The notes under the pieces were generated by a model. The model was not told the DNA's origin. It did no database searches and saw only the letters and a program-made list of their open reading frames with translations. 41,610 bases of DNA from a virus: UHGV virus genome UHGV-0425465; one strand, written 5' to 3'. Within the stretch, counting starts at the first letter, position 1. Each line of letters begins with the position of its first letter. Below, one piece after another: positions 38,076 through 41,610 of the stretch. The position numbers and the translations under genes were made by a program.

Positions 38076-38528
38076 ATGAAAAGAGTATTGGATGCATGTT
38101 GCGGAAGCAGGATGTTTTATTTTGACAGAGATAATCCAGAGGTTTTGTATGCCGATAATCGGGAGGTAGAGACAACTCTTTGTGATGGCAGACAGTTGTT
38201 GATTAAACCGGATATTCAAATGGATTTCAGACAAATGCCATATGAAGACAGTTGCTTTAAAGTGGTGGTTTTTGATCCACCGCATCTGGTTCATGCTGGC
38301 ACAGGTTCTTGGTTAGCTCAGAAGTATGGGATCCTTCCAGTAGACTGGCCAGAGTATCTCAAACAAGGATTTAGTGAGTGCATGAGAGTTCTTGAACCAG
38401 ATGGATTGCTAATTTTCAAGTGGAACGAAGATCAAATAAAATTATCTGAGGTATTGAGAGTTTTTGACAAAAAACCATTATTGGGAGACCAGAGAGGAAA
38501 AACAAGATGGTTAGTTTTCATCAAGTAA
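38076..38528 (+). CDS. Small SAM-dependent methyltransferase (motif I VLDACCGS, motif IV FDPPH; likely DNA N6A/N4C amino-methyltransferase)
   Basis: 150 aa; motif I then (D/N)PP(Y/H) about 60 aa later (gamma-like order). Confidence 0.55.
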   Translation: MKRVLDACCGSRMFYFDRDNPEVLYADNREVETTLCDGRQLLIKPDIQMDFRQMPYEDSCFKVVVFDPPHLVHAGTGSWLAQKYGILPVDWPEYLKQGFSECMRVLEPDGLLIFKWNEDQIKLSEVLRVFDKKPLLGDQRGKTRWLVFIK

Positions 38529-38563
38529 ACTGAAATTTGTGTGATTTTGAAAGGACAAAAAGA

Positions 38564-38716
38564 ATGGCTAAAATAAAGCTTGAAATGGAACATGGCATTA
38601 TGTATGAGTGTCCTAACTGTGCCGGAGAGGTTGAGATGGGACAGGACTATTGTCAAGATTGTGGAGAACCACTGGAATGGGTGGAGGATTTCTATGAGAA
38701 AGAAAGCAGACAGTAA
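38564..38716 (+). CDS. Zinc-ribbon protein (50 aa; CPNC…CQDC)
   Basis: RBS AAAGGA; two CxxC pairs. Confidence 0.45.
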   Translation: MAKIKLEMEHGIMYECPNCAGEVEMGQDYCQDCGEPLEWVEDFYEKESRQ

Positions 38717-39010
38717 ACAGGCCAAAGCCAACAAGGTCCTGCGGACATCGGCCGTGGCGGCATCAGCTGAATCGGCCATCCGAGAACCGCCGCCGGATAC
38801 ATGGCCTGTCAGGATGCCGCCCTATGCATACACCAGCCTGTGCCCGGACCCGGGACTGCGCCGGCCGCCGAAGGGAGTGATACGGTACCATGAGACAGTG
38901 CTACATAGACAACGGGCGCGGGGGCTGTGATGGCCAGCGCAACAACAAGGGCAGGATACGGTATGGGTGCTGGGCATGCCCATGGCTGGATGCGGGAGGA
39001 GGTGATGCCG

Positions 39011-39511
39011 ATGAAACAGACAGAAGCGTTGGAGGAAGTGGCCAGGCTGGCCGCAAAGGAAGCCCTTAAGGAGCATGAGAAGCAGCTCCGGAGGGAAAAG
39101 AGAATAAAGGTATTCCAGAACACCAAGAAGCTGATGGAGAATTATAACCGCATTTGTCAGAGCGTGGAGGAGGGAGTGGCAGAACTGTCCGACATGGATA
39201 ATGGCGATGAACTGGAGGAGTTCACCGAGGAAGATATCTTTATCAACAGCATTCTTAAGGGCAAACTTCGGAGTATTGTCATGATAGGGCACATAGACAA
39301 GTGTCTGAAGCTCCTGGAGGATGAGGAATGCCGCAAGAATACGCATGAGAAGTATCTGGCATTCAAGTATTTCTATCTGGATGGGATGACATATGAGAGT
39401 ATTGCAGAGATTTATGGATATGGGGAACGGACGGCCAGACGGTGGATAACAGAGCTTACGGGAATACTCAGCGTATATCTCTTTGGGGCTGATGCCCTCA
39501 TGCTGGATTAG
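39011..39511 (+). CDS. ArpU-family / sigma-70 region-4-like late transcriptional regulator
   Basis: 166 aa from ATG 39011 (RBS GGGAGGAGGTG); C-terminal HTH YLDGMTYESIAEIYGYGERTARRWITEL; classic position upstream of terS. Confidence 0.65.
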   Translation: MKQTEALEEVARLAAKEALKEHEKQLRREKRIKVFQNTKKLMENYNRICQSVEEGVAELSDMDNGDELEEFTEEDIFINSILKGKLRSIVMIGHIDKCLKLLEDEECRKNTHEKYLAFKYFYLDGMTYESIAEIYGYGERTARRWITELTGILSVYLFGADALMLD

Positions 39512-39515
39512 GGGC

Positions 39516-39533
39516 TTGACAGGAGCGTGTCAA
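39516..39533. promoter_or_regulatory. Palindrome TTGACA-GGAGCG-TGTCAA just after the ArpU stop
   Basis: Perfect 6-bp arms. Confidence 0.35.
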
Positions 39534-39543
39534 AATCGTGTCC

Positions 39544-39572
39544 TTGTCATGTCCGTTTGGATGATTTATAAT
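39544..39572 (+). promoter_or_regulatory. Sigma-70 promoter TTGTCA-17-TATAAT
   Basis: Near-consensus hexamers with 17-nt spacer; no ORF downstream for about 330 nt. Confidence 0.55.
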
Positions 39573-39579
39573 TGTAATA

Positions 39580-39833
39580 TGCAAAATTGGGTGATACGAA
39601 AAAGACTTGATTTTGTTATCCTCCCCACAGATAGCGGCCGCCAGGTGTCATACCCTGGTGGCTGACTAACCGGTATTGTGTAATCCCTCATAAGACAGAC
39701 CTGTACTTTCACGGGACAATGCCGCAGGGTATGCAACCGGTAAGGTATCTGGTTTACCCCACGACATTTTCCAGATACGTTGATTTTCTCCTTTTGATTA
39801 GTCCCTGCGGATATAGCGGGGGCTTTTCTTTTG
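39580..39833 (+). ncRNA. Candidate small non-coding RNA (about 250 nt) bounded by a promoter and an intrinsic terminator
   Basis: Internal 9-bp stem-loop 39637..39662; terminator CCCTGCG-GATATA-GCGGGGGC + TTTTCTTTT at 39804..39833; no plausible plus-strand ORF. Confidence 0.4.
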
Positions 39834-39863
39834 TCAGATTTTGGTGTATCCTTTAGAATATAC

Positions 39864-39892
39864 TTGAGAAATCTTAAAAAAAGAAATATAAT
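39864..39892 (+). promoter_or_regulatory. Sigma-70 promoter TTGAGA-17-TATAAT driving the GNAT-ASCH cassette
   Basis: Hexamers with 17-nt spacer, 25 nt upstream of RBS GGGGGAGGG. Confidence 0.5.
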
Positions 39893-39916
39893 AATACAAA
39901 GACAGTAGGGGGAGGG

Positions 39917-40972
39917 ATGTATGGCGTGGGGAAAAATTTGGAGTATCTTCAGTTTCAAGATATTGATTTATCAGATGCTTTTTTTGATTCTTTAAAAGCT
40001 GATTATCGTGGATTTGAGGGATGGTTTAAAAGAAAAGGCAGTAATTGGGCATTTTTGCATAGAAATAGAAATCAGATAGATGGATTTCTATATTGCAAGT
40101 TGGAAAGAGAAAAAGTTGATGATATTACTCCTGTATTATATGCGGATAGAATTGCTAAAATCGGTACTTTTAAGATTGATTCGCATGGCACAAGGCTTGG
40201 AGAACGATTTGTAAAAAAGGCATTGGATTATGCAATATCAGAAAAAGTGGATGTTTGCTATGTGACGATATTTGAAAAGCAACAAGGCTTGATAAATCTG
40301 ATAAAAAAATACGGATTTAGAAGGTACGGAGAGAAAAGAACAGTGGACGGAACAGAATCAGTCTATGTTAAGAATATGAGAAGGCTGATTGGCGATGTTG
40401 TATTGGATTACCCGTTAGTATCTTTACATGGAGTTAAAAAGTACTTGATATCGATATATCCGCAATACCATTCAGCGATGTTTCCTGATTCGATACTAAA
40501 GACAGAAAGCGTAAATATTTTACAGGATATAACATATACGAATTCTATTCACAAGGCATATGTTTGCAGAATGTCAAACGTCGATAAGCTAAAAAGAGGG
40601 GATATATTGGTAGTTTATCGTACTGCAAGTGATGGACCAGCCGAATATAAGTCTGTTGCTAGCTCCATATGCGTAGTAGAAGGCGTGAAAAGTCAGGATT
40701 GTTTTAATTCTTTCGATGATTTTTATGATTATACCAGTAAATATAGTATTTTTGATAAAACAGAGTTGAAAAAGTGGTACGAAAAAGGTAGTTGTACTGT
40801 GATAAAAATGCTTTACAATATTGCTCTTTCTAAAAGGCTCACTAGGCATACACTTATAGAAGAAATTGGAATTCCTAGAGATGGTTATTGGGGTTTCCTG
40901 AGAATAACAGATGAACAATTAAAAAACATATTGAAGGCTGGGGGCATAGATGAAAGCATTATTGTCGATTAA
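39917..40972 (+). CDS. GNAT-fold acetyltransferase fused to a C-terminal ASCH/PUA-like domain (AT-rich)
   Basis: 351 aa; GNAT motif-B-like NLIKKYGFRRYGEK; C-terminal half begins KKYLISIYPQYHSAMF, resembling the ASCH N-terminus of the next gene (MKALLSIKPEFIAEIV). Confidence 0.55.
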   Translation: MYGVGKNLEYLQFQDIDLSDAFFDSLKADYRGFEGWFKRKGSNWAFLHRNRNQIDGFLYCKLEREKVDDITPVLYADRIAKIGTFKIDSHGTRLGERFVKKALDYAISEKVDVCYVTIFEKQQGLINLIKKYGFRRYGEKRTVDGTESVYVKNMRRLIGDVVLDYPLVSLHGVKKYLISIYPQYHSAMFPDSILKTESVNILQDITYTNSIHKAYVCRMSNVDKLKRGDILVVYRTASDGPAEYKSVASSICVVEGVKSQDCFNSFDDFYDYTSKYSIFDKTELKKWYEKGSCTVIKMLYNIALSKRLTRHTLIEEIGIPRDGYWGFLRITDEQLKNILKAGGIDESIIVD

Positions 40973-41327
40973 ACCAGAGTTTATTGCAGAGATTGTTGCA
41001 GGAAGTAAAAAGTTTGAATATCGCAAGGTATCATTTAAGAAAGAGGTAGACTCTGTTGTGGTATATGCATGTATGCCTATAGGAAAAATTGTTGGAGAGT
41101 TCAAAGTAGGTGATATCATAGCAATGCCACCCAATGATTTGTGGAAAACAACAAAAGACTATTCTGGGATATCGTATAAGTTTTTTTGTCAGTATTTTAA
41201 GGGAAGAAAAAACGCATATGCAATACAAATTAAAGAGTATATTCCATATGAGGCGCCAATAGATCCCTATAAAGAGTTTGAACATTTTGTGCCACCGCAG
41301 TCATATCGATACTTAGCAGATGTCTGA
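40950..41327 (+). CDS. ASCH-domain protein (PUA-like; YqfB-like fold)
   Basis: 125 aa; MKALLSIKPEFIAEIVAGSKKFEYRK … VGDIIAMPPNDLW typical ASCH. Confidence 0.6.
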   Translation: MKALLSIKPEFIAEIVAGSKKFEYRKVSFKKEVDSVVVYACMPIGKIVGEFKVGDIIAMPPNDLWKTTKDYSGISYKFFCQYFKGRKNAYAIQIKEYIPYEAPIDPYKEFEHFVPPQSYRYLADV

Positions 41328-41428
41328 TGGAATCAAAAAGAAATAATGAGTTATGTAGCGATATTTCAAAGGGCCACCTCCGGGCGGCTCTTTTCTATAC
41401 CCAAAACGACGAATCGAGGTGAGGAGGC

Positions 41429-41610
41429 ATGGCCAGGGCGCCAGACCCAAGAATCGAACAGGCGAAGGCCATGTATCTGGAAGGCAGGAAACTAGTTGAG
41501 ATTGCAAGTCAACTAAATTTGCCGGAGGGAACGGTCCGCCGGTGGAAGTGCACACACAAGTGGAATAACGAGCGTTCGGATAGAGTTAGCGAACGTTCGC
41601 AAAGAAAACG
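41429..41610 (+). CDS. terS: Terminase small subunit, N-terminal part (3'-truncated; continues in frame at nt 1)
   Basis: MARAPDPRIEQAKAMYLEGRKLVEIASQLNLPEGTVRRWKCTHKWN = TerS HTH N-terminus; RBS GAGGTGAGGAGG. Confidence 0.7.
   Translation, partial: MARAPDPRIEQAKAMYLEGRKLVEIASQLNLPEGTVRRWKCTHKWNNERSDRVSERSQRK

Larger units (their letters stand above)
1..41610. mobile_element. Complete temperate phage genome (siphovirus-like; circular or circularly permuted contig, or prophage copy)
   Basis: Full synteny terS-terL-portal-MuF-scaffold-MCP-connectors-MTP-chaperones-TMP-fibres-holin-lysin-int-cI/cro-replication-late regulator-terS. The terS reading frame continues from window end to window start. 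Confidence 0.8.

Noticed and set aside
38580-38930. 116-aa plus-strand ORF overlapping the 50-aa zinc-ribbon gene
   Set aside because: The alternative frame gives a plausible zinc-ribbon protein with an RBS. The part of this ORF beyond 38716 is low-complexity (Pro/Ala/Arg-rich), consistent with read-through of a GC-rich non-coding segment.
38822-39346. 174-aa minus-strand ORF antisense to the ArpU-like gene
   Set aside because: Antisense to a gene with a clear HTH and RBS; His/Leu-rich translation typical of a shadow ORF.
1-41610. CRISPR array or other long tandem direct repeats
   Set aside because: No spaced repeats of 25-40 bp seen. The only repeat arrays are the 8-bp iterons (32930..33235) and the attP arm sites.

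Overview
The window reads as one complete temperate siphovirus-like phage genome of about 41.6 kb from a Firmicutes (Clostridia-type) host, apparently a circular or circularly permuted contig. The small terminase gene is split across the two window ends and rejoins in frame (the last 2 nt plus the first nt make one codon). Going left to right the modules are ordered as follows. Packaging: terS C-terminal part, then terL. Head: portal, a small Cys-rich AT-rich insert, a MuF/gp7-like minor head protein with an extra C-terminal HExxH domain, scaffold, and an HK97-fold major capsid protein with a C-terminal prealbumin-like domain. Tail: head-tail connectors, major tail protein, chaperones, a 928-aa tape measure, baseplate/fibre proteins, and a fibre gene followed by a convergent alternative fibre C-terminal cassette. 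Lysis: an XkdX-like protein, holin, and an NlpC/P60 endolysin with cell-wall-binding repeats. A minus-strand 3-gene insert (moron) with its own operator-controlled promoter follows. Then comes a putative attP with arm-type repeats. Lysogeny module: tyrosine integrase, a small basic protein, XRE/Cro-like and cI-like regulators with face-to-face promoters, and a Bro-N antirepressor. Sfi21-type replication module: Gp157, Sak4/AAA_24, DUF669, CHC2 primase, VirE-like primase/helicase, an iteron origin, a PD-(D/E)xK nuclease and a DEAD/DEAH helicase. Next are a PP-loop (PAPS-reductase-like) protein, small genes, a small DPPH methyltransferase and an ArpU-like late regulator. The window ends with an AT-rich GNAT-ASCH + ASCH cassette, preceded by a promoter-to-terminator non-coding transcript. 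The most notable candidates are (i) a probable site-specific inversion switch that swaps tail-fibre C-termini using a 14-bp in-frame inverted repeat, (ii) the GNAT-ASCH/ASCH cassette with its upstream candidate sRNA, (iii) the MuF-HExxH fusion, (iv) the PP-loop enzyme plus methyltransferase pair, and (v) the minus-strand moron between the lysis genes and attP. All calls come from reading the sequence, motifs and gene order; no database searches were run.
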